Shown: positions 22,003 to 31,001 of the stretch, in pieces
Layout of the letters: every line of letters starts with the position of its first letter
How positions within the stretch are numbered: position 1 is the first letter of the stretch
From: Ignavibacteriales bacterium
Lineage (GTDB): Bacteria; Bacteroidota; Ignavibacteria; Ignavibacteriales; Melioribacteraceae
Direction of reading: 5' to 3'
Assembly: GCA_016936095.1 (NCBI GenBank)
Contig: JAFGPR010000277.1
Span: forward strand, 1-61,933
DNA: 61,933 bases
Notes under the pieces: model-generated
What the model saw: only the letters and a program-made list of their open reading frames with translations
What the model was told of the DNA's origin: nothing
Database searches by the model: none
Position numbers and translations under genes: made by a program

Positions 22003-25000
22003 ATGAATCAAAAAATATTTAAATTTGCTTCTCTGCTTTTCTTTCTGATGTTGCTTTCATCAGTTTTAATATTTGCAGAAGGCGAAAAGAAAAAACAAGT
22101 GGGCAAAATAGAAGGTTCACCTGCTTATACCCACTTTAACATTAATAATATTTCTACTTGGATTAAAAACGATGGAGAGTCGGATATTAATCCAAATGGA
22201 AACTCTGGATTACAATTTCCAAAGGGTTCTGGGAAAACTGCAGTTTTCCAAACCGGTTTCGTCTATGGTGGAATTGTAAATGGTGAAGTTCGTGTCGGTG
22301 GTTCTACTTACAGACAGGGACAAACACCTGGTAAGATATTACCTGATGGCTCTGCTCAAGATCCAAATGATCCCGATGTAAGAATTTGGAGAGTTAGAAA
22401 AGATTGGAATGAATCTTCTGCAGTTTTTACATCTGAGATAGCTGATGGAGATGGCTCTACTGATGCTGATGTGAAAGCAAAGTATGAATATGATTGGATT
22501 AACTGGCCTTGGCAGAGTGGTGCTCCATATGAGGATGTAAATAATAATGGTCAATATGATTATGAAGTTGATATTCCAGGTGAACCTGGTGCAGCACAAT
22601 CAATCTGGTTTGTTGTTAACGATTTAGATGCAGCTCAATGTCAATTCTTATATGGCTCTAATCCTATTGGACTTGAGATGAGAGCTTCGATTTGGGGTTA
22701 TACATCTTCTCAGGCTCTGCAAAATATGTTTTTCCGTAAGTATACATTAATTAATAGAAGTGCTAACACAGTAGATAGTATGTACGTTTGTTTATGGTCA
22801 GACCCTGATGTTGGAGACGCAGGTGATGACTTTGTAGGTTGCGATGTTGATAAAAGTTTAGCTTATGCTTATAACGGTTTAGCAAGAGATGGTCAGTATG
22901 GAAGTTATCCTCCAGCAGCTGGTTGGGACTTCTTCCAAGGTCCTATAGTACCTGCTCCAGGACAGACTGCTATCGTTAATAACCAATACTTAGCAGATTA
23001 TGAAAATCTTTCAATGAGTACTATGTTCTTCTTTATTAATGGTGACCCCATATATGCAGATCCCGATTTGGGTTATTATACAACTGGTACGTTACAGATG
23101 TGGAATTTGTTTCGAGGAAGAGTAAGTACAACAGGAGAACCCTTTATAGATCCAACAACTGGCATGTCCACTAAATACTGTTTATCAGGTGATCCTGTAA
23201 CAGGTGAAGGTTGGGTTGATGGTATTGCCCACCCACCTGGAGATAGAAGATTAGGTTTGGTTTCTGGTCCTTTCACGATGGCACCTGGCGATACGCAAGA
23301 GATCGTTCTTTCAGAAATATTAGCTGGTGCTACTCAAGGAACTAACAACATTGCTGCTATTCAATTCTTAAGATATTATGACCTTATTGCTCAACAATCT
23401 TATGACAATTTTTTCCTCATTCCAGAGTCTCCAACACCTCCAGTTGTTAATATTTCTACATTAGATCAAGAAATTGTTTTGAATTGGGGAACAAATGCAG
23501 GGAATTGGAGTCAGACTGAATCTAAAGTTAATCAAGGTTACAAATTCCAAGGTTACAATGTTTATCAATTACCTACAAGGTCTGCTACTCAAGAAGAAGC
23601 CATTAGGATTGCAACGTATGATGTAATTGATGATATTACTGTTATTACCCAAAATGAACCGGATATGGAAAGTGGACTTCTGTTAGAGAAAGCAAAACAG
23701 TTTGGAACCAATTCCGGAGTTAAAAGATTTATTACTATAAATAAAGATTACATTAATAATACTGATTTAATTAATGGTACAAAATATTATTTTGCTGTTA
23801 CAGCTTATTCATATAACGATGATCCTTCTGTGGCAGTTAAAACCTTAGAATCAAAATTTAATGTTTACGAAATAATTCCACAGGCTGAAGATGCTGGAAC
23901 AAGATATCAAGCCTCAACAAATGAAGAATTGATTATAACTCATATTGGTACTGCAGATGCTTCAGTTGAAGTTAAAGTTGTTGATCCCAGCAAGTTAACT
24001 GGTCACGATTATGAAGTAAGTTTTTTTGAGCAAAATTATTACTTAGATAAAAATAATGTTTGGAAAAAAACGAATTATCCAGATTCAATTGGTAAAAGTG
24101 GATACAATCCAGAAGATGCTTCTGCATCAACATTATCTGGTCTTGCAGTTTATCAAACATACGGCGATAATGTAGATTGTCGTTTTACTCTTGATTTAGT
24201 CTCACCCGATTATGATTATTGTGATGGAATTCAGGTTACCTTCCCTACAAGTATAACAGTATTAAAAGCTGAGCCAACCGTAGGAAACACATACGGTCAT
24301 ACAATCCCCCCTGTAGTAAGTGGAAATACTGTAACTTGGGGTGGTGATTATCAATCTGGTGATGGTGAATTTTCCGGTGGTGAAGAATTTGTTGTTACAA
24401 TTGCAGAACCCACTTTACCAATATCTATCAACTACGAAATTTTTGATGATGGTTGGGGATTCTTAAGTGGTTATGATACTACTTACGGTATAATTAATGC
24501 AATTGGATCATTGACGATCTCAGAAATGGGTCATACATTCTCAACGCAAACGCATTGGAGATTGAGAGATGTTACTGATAACATTGTTGTATTAGATGAT
24601 CAAAAAGTTTTTTGGGGTGAACATCTTTATTGGAATTATGACGGGCAGTGGAATTCGAAGGAAGTAGGTGAAGATTACACCTCTATAGTTTATGGGCTAA
24701 AAGTAAATGTTACAAGTGGTTCTTTTGAAGCTCCTGTAACTATTGGAAGTGTTAGTTTATTAGAATCTGGCGCAACAAAATCATCAACTGTACCTATTAG
24801 TACTACTGGTGATGGTAGTTACGCTATAACAGATTATTTATATTATGGATGGGCAGCAACTGGTAAATCTATTGACGCATTTGGTAATGGTGTTGACGTA
24901 ATTGATATTTTACAAAAAGATTATGAATTGAGATTCACTGGAGTATATGATACATTAGATAATGCAGGACAACAAATTATTGATGTTCGTAGAGGAACTG

Positions 25001-25767
25001 GTTCTTATGCAACACTATATAATACTCGTTCAATGTCTATGGGTGACCATCCTTTGAATCCGACTCCAGGTTCATCTGATCCATTCTTAATTAGAATACC
25101 TTTTGAGGTATGGAATAAGGATGATAATAGGCAAGTTAATTTAATTATGTTGGATAGAAAGCAGACAGCTACGGCTGATCCTTTTTATCCATTTAATATT
25201 ACCAATAGAATGTATTGTGAAATCCTAAATACTGCTTATGATTCAACCTTAGTCAACAGTGGTGATCCGGGAGAAACTGATACTGATTCATTAACATGGA
25301 ACCTGGTATTTTGGACTACGTATTGGAATTATGGTGATGTAATTACATTACAATATTCTAATCCAATTCAATATGATAAAGATAAATTTACATTTACTAC
25401 TGCTGCACCAACGTTCTCAACAGAAACTCAAGAAGAGGATCTAGATAGAATTAATGTTTATCCTAATCCATATTATGGCGCAAACCCAAGAGAAATTAAC
25501 AAATATCAGAGATTTGTAACGATAAACCATCTTCCAGTGGGAGAACACGCACTAATAAAGATTTACAATCTTGCTGGACAATTGGTTAAAAGGTTATGGA
25601 AACTTACTGGTGACCCACAGGAAATTAAGTGGGACTTAAATAACGAAGACGGTTTACCCGTAGCAAGCGGATTGTTCTTAATTCACGTTGAAATACCAGA
25701 TTTAGGTTTCGAGAAGATACTTAAAGTTGGTATAATTCAGGAACAACAAGTCTTGGATAGATTCTAA
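22003..25767 (+). CDS. Large secreted protein of unknown function with T9SS-type C-terminal sorting domain (paralog A, 1254 aa)
   Basis: - Start moved from the track ORF (21916) to ATG 22003. This start has tggaga upstream and yields the signal peptide MNQKIFKFASLLFFLMLLSSVLIFA.
- FN3-like stretch LDQEIVLNW...YKFQGYNVYQLP.
- The last 109 aa (DLDRINVYPNPYYG...LAGQLVKRLW...ASGLFLIHVEI...KILKVGII) look like a Por/T9SS type-A CTD. Confidence 0.8.
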   Translation: MNQKIFKFASLLFFLMLLSSVLIFAEGEKKKQVGKIEGSPAYTHFNINNISTWIKNDGESDINPNGNSGLQFPKGSGKTAVFQTGFVYGGIVNGEVRVGGSTYRQGQTPGKILPDGSAQDPNDPDVRIWRVRKDWNESSAVFTSEIADGDGSTDADVKAKYEYDWINWPWQSGAPYEDVNNNGQYDYEVDIPGEPGAAQSIWFVVNDLDAAQCQFLYGSNPIGLEMRASIWGYTSSQALQNMFFRKYTLINRSANTVDSMYVCLWSDPDVGDAGDDFVGCDVDKSLAYAYNGLARDGQYGSYPPAAGWDFFQGPIVPAPGQTAIVNNQYLADYENLSMSTMFFFINGDPIYADPDLGYYTTGTLQMWNLFRGRVSTTGEPFIDPTTGMSTKYCLSGDPVTGEGWVDGIAHPPGDRRLGLVSGPFTMAPGDTQEIVLSEILAGATQGTNNIAAIQFLRYYDLIAQQSYDNFFLIPESPTPPVVNISTLDQEIVLNWGTNAGNWSQTESKVNQGYKFQGYNVYQLPTRSATQEEAIRIATYDVIDDITVITQNEPDMESGLLLEKAKQFGTNSGVKRFITINKDYINNTDLINGTKYYFAVTAYSYNDDPSVAVKTLESKFNVYEIIPQAEDAGTRYQASTNEELIITHIGTADASVEVKVVDPSKLTGHDYEVSFFEQNYYLDKNNVWKKTNYPDSIGKSGYNPEDASASTLSGLAVYQTYGDNVDCRFTLDLVSPDYDYCDGIQVTFPTSITVLKAEPTVGNTYGHTIPPVVSGNTVTWGGDYQSGDGEFSGGEEFVVTIAEPTLPISINYEIFDDGWGFLSGYDTTYGIINAIGSLTISEMGHTFSTQTHWRLRDVTDNIVVLDDQKVFWGEHLYWNYDGQWNSKEVGEDYTSIVYGLKVNVTSGSFEAPVTIGSVSLLESGATKSSTVPISTTGDGSYAITDYLYYGWAATGKSIDAFGNGVDVIDILQKDYELRFTGVYDTLDNAGQQIIDVRRGTGSYATLYNTRSMSMGDHPLNPTPGSSDPFLIRIPFEVWNKDDNRQVNLIMLDRKQTATADPFYPFNITNRMYCEILNTAYDSTLVNSGDPGETDTDSLTWNLVFWTTYWNYGDVITLQYSNPIQYDKDKFTFTTAAPTFSTETQEEDLDRINVYPNPYYGANPREINKYQRFVTINHLPVGEHALIKIYNLAGQLVKRLWKLTGDPQEIKWDLNNEDGLPVASGLFLIHVEIPDLGFEKILKVGIIQEQQVLDRF
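22117..24024 (+). repeat. Paralogous coding segment (636 codons), partner of 27068..28978
   Basis: Eyeball alignment of the two translations gives 84 of the first 100 residues identical, dropping to roughly half later. The DNA is also visibly similar, e.g. tggattaaaaa(c/t)gatgg(a/c)ga(g/a)tcggatattaatc. Confidence 0.85.
25438..25764 (+). repeat. Conserved 109-codon C-terminal sorting-domain segment, partner of 29195..29521
   Basis: Compare DLDRINVYPNPYYGANP...KIYNLAGQLVKRLWK...EIKWDLNNEDGLPVASGLFLIHVEIPDLGFEKILKVGIIQEQ with the near-identical tail of paralog B. Confidence 0.85.
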
Positions 25768-25785
25768 TAAATAAGGGAGAATAAA

Positions 25786-26823
25786 ATGAAAAAAATAAAA
25801 GTCATAAGTGCAATTTTAGTGTTTTTCCTTATAGCTGCGGGTAGCAATTTGGTATTCGCAGATGGAGGAGAACGAAATGGCACAGCTGGTTCAGTTCAGT
25901 TACTGATTCCAGTTGGACCACGAGGAATTGGCATGGGTAGTGGTACTCTTGCCAACTCCAAAGGAATCGAATCAATATTCTGGAATCCAGCAAATTTATC
26001 AAGAGGTTCCAAGAGTACAGAAGTTATGTTTGAGCATATGAGTTATATTGCTGATATTGGTATAGAGTATGGAGCTATAAAAACTAGTGTAGAAGGATTT
26101 GGTACAATAGGATTTCATATTAAAACATTAGATATTGGTGAAATACCAGTAACTACATCAGATTTTCCAGATGGAATTGGTCGAACCTATACTCCACAAT
26201 TCTTTACAATTGGCGCAACATATTCAATAATGTTAAGCGATAGAATCTCTGTAGGATTAACCTGTAATTATATTTCAGAAAAAATTGAATTCGTTAGTGC
26301 AACCGGTTTAGGTTTTAATATTGGTCTTACTTATTCTGATTTGGCCAATTTAAAAGGTCTAAATTTTGCTATTGCAATGAAGAATTTCGGTGGAAATATG
26401 CAATATGATGGTTCAGGTTTACTAGTTCTTGCAGATGCTAATGGTTATTTAAGACCAGAACAGTATTACAAAATAGAAGCTGCACCATATGAATTACCAT
26501 CTTCAGTTCAATTTGGTCTAAGCTATCATTATGATATTAATAAACAGAATGCTATTGAAGCAGCAATCCAATTTGAGAATGCTAACTTCTATGGCGATAT
26601 GTATCATGGTGGTTTTGAGTATGCATATGACAATATGGTATTCTTAAGATTTGGATATCAGGTTTCACCAACTTTGATTAAAGCAGAAAATGTATTTGGA
26701 TTAGCTGGCGGTATTGGCTTTAAGGTTAATGTTGGCGGAATGGCACTGGGTGTTGATTATGCATATCGTGATGCAAAGGTATTTGATGGTAATCATATAT
26801 TTAGTTTATATCTAGGATTGTAA
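25786..26823 (+). CDS. PorV/PorQ-family (FadL-like) outer-membrane beta-barrel protein
   Basis: Signal peptide. The N-terminal GTAGSVQLLIPVGPRGIGMGSGTLANSKGIESIFWNPANLS matches the PorV-type signature (FL.I...aR..gMG......wNPA.L). 345 aa with alternating beta-strand pattern. agggaga RBS upstream. Confidence 0.65.
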   Translation: MKKIKVISAILVFFLIAAGSNLVFADGGERNGTAGSVQLLIPVGPRGIGMGSGTLANSKGIESIFWNPANLSRGSKSTEVMFEHMSYIADIGIEYGAIKTSVEGFGTIGFHIKTLDIGEIPVTTSDFPDGIGRTYTPQFFTIGATYSIMLSDRISVGLTCNYISEKIEFVSATGLGFNIGLTYSDLANLKGLNFAIAMKNFGGNMQYDGSGLLVLADANGYLRPEQYYKIEAAPYELPSSVQFGLSYHYDINKQNAIEAAIQFENANFYGDMYHGGFEYAYDNMVFLRFGYQVSPTLIKAENVFGLAGGIGFKVNVGGMALGVDYAYRDAKVFDGNHIFSLYLGL

Positions 26824-26846
26824 TTCTGTTATTATATTATTAAAAA

Positions 26847-26882
26847 ATACCCAAGCCAAATTGGCTTGGGTATTTTTATTTT
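26847..26882 (+). terminator. Rho-independent terminator after the PorV-like gene
   Basis: Perfect 12-nt inverted repeat ATACCCAAGCCA (26847-26858) / TGGCTTGGGTAT (26862-26873), followed by TTTTATTTT. Confidence 0.85.
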
Positions 26883-26962
26883 AAACCCATCAGTCCAATG
26901 ATGTAATTTGCTTTTCAAAATTGTTATATTTGAAAAGTTATTACAAATTTTTAGGTGATAAT

Positions 26963-29524
26963 ATGGACTGGATAAAATTAATCCGATCAATTTTACTTAT
27001 CATTTTAATAATTTCTAATGTTTATTCGCAAGATAAGAAAAATCAAGAAGTCAGTAAATGCTATGGAACTCCTTCTTATACTCATTTTAATATAAATAAT
27101 ATCTCAACCTGGATTAAAAATGATGGCGAATCGGATATTAATCAAAATGGAAACTCCGGCTTAGAATATCCAAAAGGTTCTGGCAAGACAGCAGTTTTCC
27201 AAACAGGATTTTTATATGGTGGAAAAGTAAATGGAGATGTGAGAGTTGGAGGCTCAACATATAGGCAGGGACAAATGCCAGGTCGTATATTATCTGATGG
27301 CACAGCACAAAATCCCGACGACCCAGATGTACGAATATGGAGAGTTAGAAAAGATTGGAATACGCCAAATGCAAGTTTCTTGCAAGAAGTCATTGATGGT
27401 GATGCTGATAGCGAAGCTGAAGCAAAGTCAAATTATGAATATGATTGGAACAATTGGCCCTGGCAATATGGAGCACCTTTCGACGATAAAAACAATAATG
27501 GTACTTATGAACCTACTGTTGATATTCCGGGTTTACCTGGTGCAGACCAGACAATTTGGTTTGTTTGCAATGATTTAAATGTTGAACAATGTCAAAATCT
27601 CTATGGTTCTAATCCTATTGGTTTGGAAATGCAAGCGACTATTTGGGGTTATAATTTTTTCACTCCACTAAAAGATATGTTCTTTAGAAAATATACAATC
27701 ATTAATAAAAGTAATAATACTATTGATAGTATGTATTTAGGAATATGGACAGACCCTGATGTTGGTGATGCCGGAGATGATTTAGTTGGTAGTGATACTA
27801 CACTAATGATGATGTATGCTTATAATGGTAGAGATTGGGATGCACAATATGATTATCAACCTCCCGCAGTAGGATTTCAATTATTACAAGGACCCATTGT
27901 ATATTCTTTAGGAGACACTGCCAGATTTAATAATAAAAGCTTAATTAATTATACTAACTTGCCTTTGAGTGTTATTTATTTCTTTATAGGTGGTGATCCT
28001 TACTATAGTGATCCAAGTTTAGGTCAATATAATTCTGGTACCTTGCAAATGTGGAATTTATTCAGGGGTAGAAGTAGTACTACTGGTAAAGGATTTATTG
28101 ATCCTATTACAGGCAAACCGACAAAATTCTGCTTATCTGGCGATCCGATAAAAAGAACTGGATGGATTGATGGAGTTTATTATCCACTCGGTGATAGAAG
28201 AATTGGACTAGTTGCCAGTCCTTTTAATATGGCACCTGGAGATACGCAAGAATTTATTGTTGCTGAAGTTCTAGGTGGAGCAAAAGATAACCTATCAAAT
28301 ATTGGAGCGATAGGAGATTTGAGAAAGAATGCTAAGATAGCTAATTTATTTTATCAAAATGGTTTTGGAGTTGCATCCAATTTGTTTACACCAAAATTAT
28401 CAAAGACCGAATTAGACCAAGAAATAATTTTAATTTGGGGATTTTCTGAGGCAAATTATTCTCAACTTGAATTTGCTGATTTTATGGGTTATAAATTTCA
28501 AGGTTATAATATTTATCAGTTACCAACACCGACATCTGATATAAAGGATGCTGTTCGGATTGCCACATATGATTTAATTGATGGTGTATTGACTATCAAA
28601 GAGGAAGAGCTGGATCAGTTTGGTAACCCCGAAAATTTAGTCTCAAGGCAATTTGGAACTGATTCTGGAATAAAACGGTACTTTAATGTTAATTATGATT
28701 ATATTAACAAGAAATTTCTTTCCAACGGAGCAGAATATTATTTTACATTAACAGCATATTTATATAATGACAATCCTGAATATTCACCGCGACATATCGA
28801 AACGCCTATGGAAGTTATTACTTGCATACCCAAGGATGTTGATGCAGGTACAAGATATCTTAATAATTTCGGTGATATAATCTCTGTTGAACATGTTGAA
28901 GGAAATGGTAATGGAAATTTAGAGATTGTTGTCATCGATCCAACAAAATTAACCGGCCATAGTTATGAATTAAAATTTAGTGAAGATAATAATGGATTAT
29001 ATTGGCAATTAACCGATTCGACATTATCAAACAAATTACTCTATAAAGGTTACAATTTCAATGAAGGTGATGCCTCTCCGATAGTGGATGGTTTTCAAAT
29101 AAAATTAGATACAATAACAAGTTATTTCAGTGTTGATGATATATATAGATTTATGACTATTGGTAAAGCATATTCTGAAGAGTTGGCTAAAAAAGATTTG
29201 GACAGAATTAATATTTATCCTAATCCTTATTATGGAGCAAATCCGAATGAGACAAAGTATTTTGAAACCTTTGTTACAATCAACCATTTACCAGAATATC
29301 ATAAAGTAAATATTAAAATATATGATCTAGCAGGACAGTTAGTAAAACGTATATGGAAGTATAGTTCAGGAGAACAAGAGATAAAATGGGATTTAACAAA
29401 TGAAGATGGAATACCGGTAGCAAGTGGAATATTCCTAATTCATATTGAAATACCAGATTATGGATATGAGAAGATATTAAAAGTTGGAATTATTCAGGAA
29501 CAAAAGATTCCTTATCGGTATTAA
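26963..29524 (+). CDS. Large secreted protein of unknown function with T9SS-type C-terminal sorting domain (paralog B, 853 aa)
   Basis: Start moved from 26921 to ATG 26963, which has aggtga upstream and gives the signal peptide MDWIKLIRSILLIILIISNVYSQ. The N-terminal ~637 aa and the last 109 aa are homologous to paralog A. Confidence 0.8.
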   Translation: MDWIKLIRSILLIILIISNVYSQDKKNQEVSKCYGTPSYTHFNINNISTWIKNDGESDINQNGNSGLEYPKGSGKTAVFQTGFLYGGKVNGDVRVGGSTYRQGQMPGRILSDGTAQNPDDPDVRIWRVRKDWNTPNASFLQEVIDGDADSEAEAKSNYEYDWNNWPWQYGAPFDDKNNNGTYEPTVDIPGLPGADQTIWFVCNDLNVEQCQNLYGSNPIGLEMQATIWGYNFFTPLKDMFFRKYTIINKSNNTIDSMYLGIWTDPDVGDAGDDLVGSDTTLMMMYAYNGRDWDAQYDYQPPAVGFQLLQGPIVYSLGDTARFNNKSLINYTNLPLSVIYFFIGGDPYYSDPSLGQYNSGTLQMWNLFRGRSSTTGKGFIDPITGKPTKFCLSGDPIKRTGWIDGVYYPLGDRRIGLVASPFNMAPGDTQEFIVAEVLGGAKDNLSNIGAIGDLRKNAKIANLFYQNGFGVASNLFTPKLSKTELDQEIILIWGFSEANYSQLEFADFMGYKFQGYNIYQLPTPTSDIKDAVRIATYDLIDGVLTIKEEELDQFGNPENLVSRQFGTDSGIKRYFNVNYDYINKKFLSNGAEYYFTLTAYLYNDNPEYSPRHIETPMEVITCIPKDVDAGTRYLNNFGDIISVEHVEGNGNGNLEIVVIDPTKLTGHSYELKFSEDNNGLYWQLTDSTLSNKLLYKGYNFNEGDASPIVDGFQIKLDTITSYFSVDDIYRFMTIGKAYSEELAKKDLDRINIYPNPYYGANPNETKYFETFVTINHLPEYHKVNIKIYDLAGQLVKRIWKYSSGEQEIKWDLTNEDGIPVASGIFLIHIEIPDYGYEKILKVGIIQEQKIPYRY
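27068..28978 (+). repeat. Paralogous coding segment (637 codons), partner of 22117..24024
   Basis: See 22117..24024. Confidence 0.85.
29195..29521 (+). repeat. Conserved 109-codon C-terminal sorting-domain segment, partner of 25438..25764
   Basis: See 25438..25764. Confidence 0.85.
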
Positions 29525-29612
29525 GTAAAGTTTTATTTGTCCAATTATTTTTTTTCAGAAAATATTTACTTAAATTATTATTCAAATTATTTTAATTTTT
29601 AAAGGTACTAAA

Positions 29613-30995
29613 ATGCGAAAGTTGAAACTAATATTTTATTCAATTTTTATTTTCTCTGTTATTTATCCGCAAAATTCTCAAATGTTTGAGTTTGATTATG
29701 CTCAGTTTTATTACGATAGTTCATATACCTATTTCGAATTATATTATGCTATTGATCAATCAAAGTTTACAACAAAACAGGTAAATGATACAACATTTAT
29801 CGAAGGATTTTTCAATATTGAAATATTAGGAGCATCTGATACAAACATACTTTATAGTAAAAATTATTTTTTAAATCGCCCCGTTTTTATTAAAGGTAAT
29901 GAAGAAGTTAATGCCGGAAGCTTTATAGGTGTAATAGGACTTGTTTTACAACCTGGTGAATATAAATTTAAATTAAGTACATTGGATAACTTAAAAAGTG
30001 ATAATAAAGAAACAAAGGAACAAGTTGTTAAAATAATTTCCTTTAATACTAATACACCTATTATCAGCGATATACAGGTTGCATCTAATATTATTGCTGG
30101 TAGTTCAAATACAAATTCGATTTTTTATAAAAACACTTATGAGGTTATTCCAAATCCATATTCTTTTTTTAACCAAAATAGTCCAGTATTGTTTTTTTAT
30201 TGTGAATTATATAATTTAAGTTCATCTAATGATCCATCCGAACTACTACTCAAAGAGGATTTGGTTAATAATTTAGGTAAAATTGAATATACAAAGACAA
30301 AAAATGTGTCCCGACAGAATCATTCAATTGTTGAAGCAGGGGCAATTGCTTTGACAAAGTTTGCAACTGGAGCTTATTCATTAGTTGTTTCACTTTTTGA
30401 TTCTAATAACAATTTTATATATTCAGTTTCAAAAAAAATATTTATTATTAATCCTAGTTTCGTTGATACTGTTGAATTGTATAGTGAAGATATGAATGTG
30501 TTCAGTAGTGAATTTGGAATATATACAGCTGAAGAGTGTGATGCACTTTTTGACGCTTCTAAATATATTGCTTCCAATCAGGAAATAGACAGATACGAAG
30601 AATTAGATTCATTAAATGCGAAAAGAAATTATTTATATATGTTTTGGCGTATGAGGGATGAAGATCAATCTACAGCTGAGAACAAAACCAAGGATGAATA
30701 TATCAAAAGAATTGAATATGCAAATTCAAATTGGGGAAAATTCAGTAGAAAAGGTTATAAAACTGACCGTGGTAGAGTTTACTTAACTTATGGTGACCCA
30801 GATATACGTGATAGATACCCAAACGAATCAGATGTGAAACCATATGAAATATGGCGTTATAACTCAATTGAAGGTGGTGTGGTTTTCGTATTTGCTGATT
30901 TAACAGGTTTTGGTGATTATGATTTAATTCATTCAACAAAATTAGGTGAAATGAGGGATGACAACTGGTTATCCCGAATTACAGGTGCTTACTAA
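29613..30995 (+). CDS. GWxTD-domain-like secreted protein of unknown function
   Basis: Signal peptide. The C-terminal GYKTDRGRVYLTYGDPD...YEIWRYN...FVFADLTGFGDYDLIHS matches the GWxTD domain pattern, with W replaced by Y. The N-terminus FEFDYAQFYYDSSYTYFELYYAI is also typical of that family as I recall it. Confidence 0.6.
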   Translation: MRKLKLIFYSIFIFSVIYPQNSQMFEFDYAQFYYDSSYTYFELYYAIDQSKFTTKQVNDTTFIEGFFNIEILGASDTNILYSKNYFLNRPVFIKGNEEVNAGSFIGVIGLVLQPGEYKFKLSTLDNLKSDNKETKEQVVKIISFNTNTPIISDIQVASNIIAGSSNTNSIFYKNTYEVIPNPYSFFNQNSPVLFFYCELYNLSSSNDPSELLLKEDLVNNLGKIEYTKTKNVSRQNHSIVEAGAIALTKFATGAYSLVVSLFDSNNNFIYSVSKKIFIINPSFVDTVELYSEDMNVFSSEFGIYTAEECDALFDASKYIASNQEIDRYEELDSLNAKRNYLYMFWRMRDEDQSTAENKTKDEYIKRIEYANSNWGKFSRKGYKTDRGRVYLTYGDPDIRDRYPNESDVKPYEIWRYNSIEGGVVFVFADLTGFGDYDLIHSTKLGEMRDDNWLSRITGAY

Positions 30996-31001
30996 TTTGA
31001 T

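Noticed and set aside
18906-26823. Apparent higher G+C (spot counts of 43-48% on several 60-nt lines) in the barrel and paralog A genes, as a sign of horizontal transfer
   Set aside because: Spot counts in atpA give about 42%, and parts of the PorV-like gene drop to about 28%. The shift is explained by Gly/Ala/Pro/Asp-rich composition and possibly expression-linked codon choice. I saw no flanking mobility genes or repeats. A proper windowed GC and codon-usage calculation is still worthwhile.
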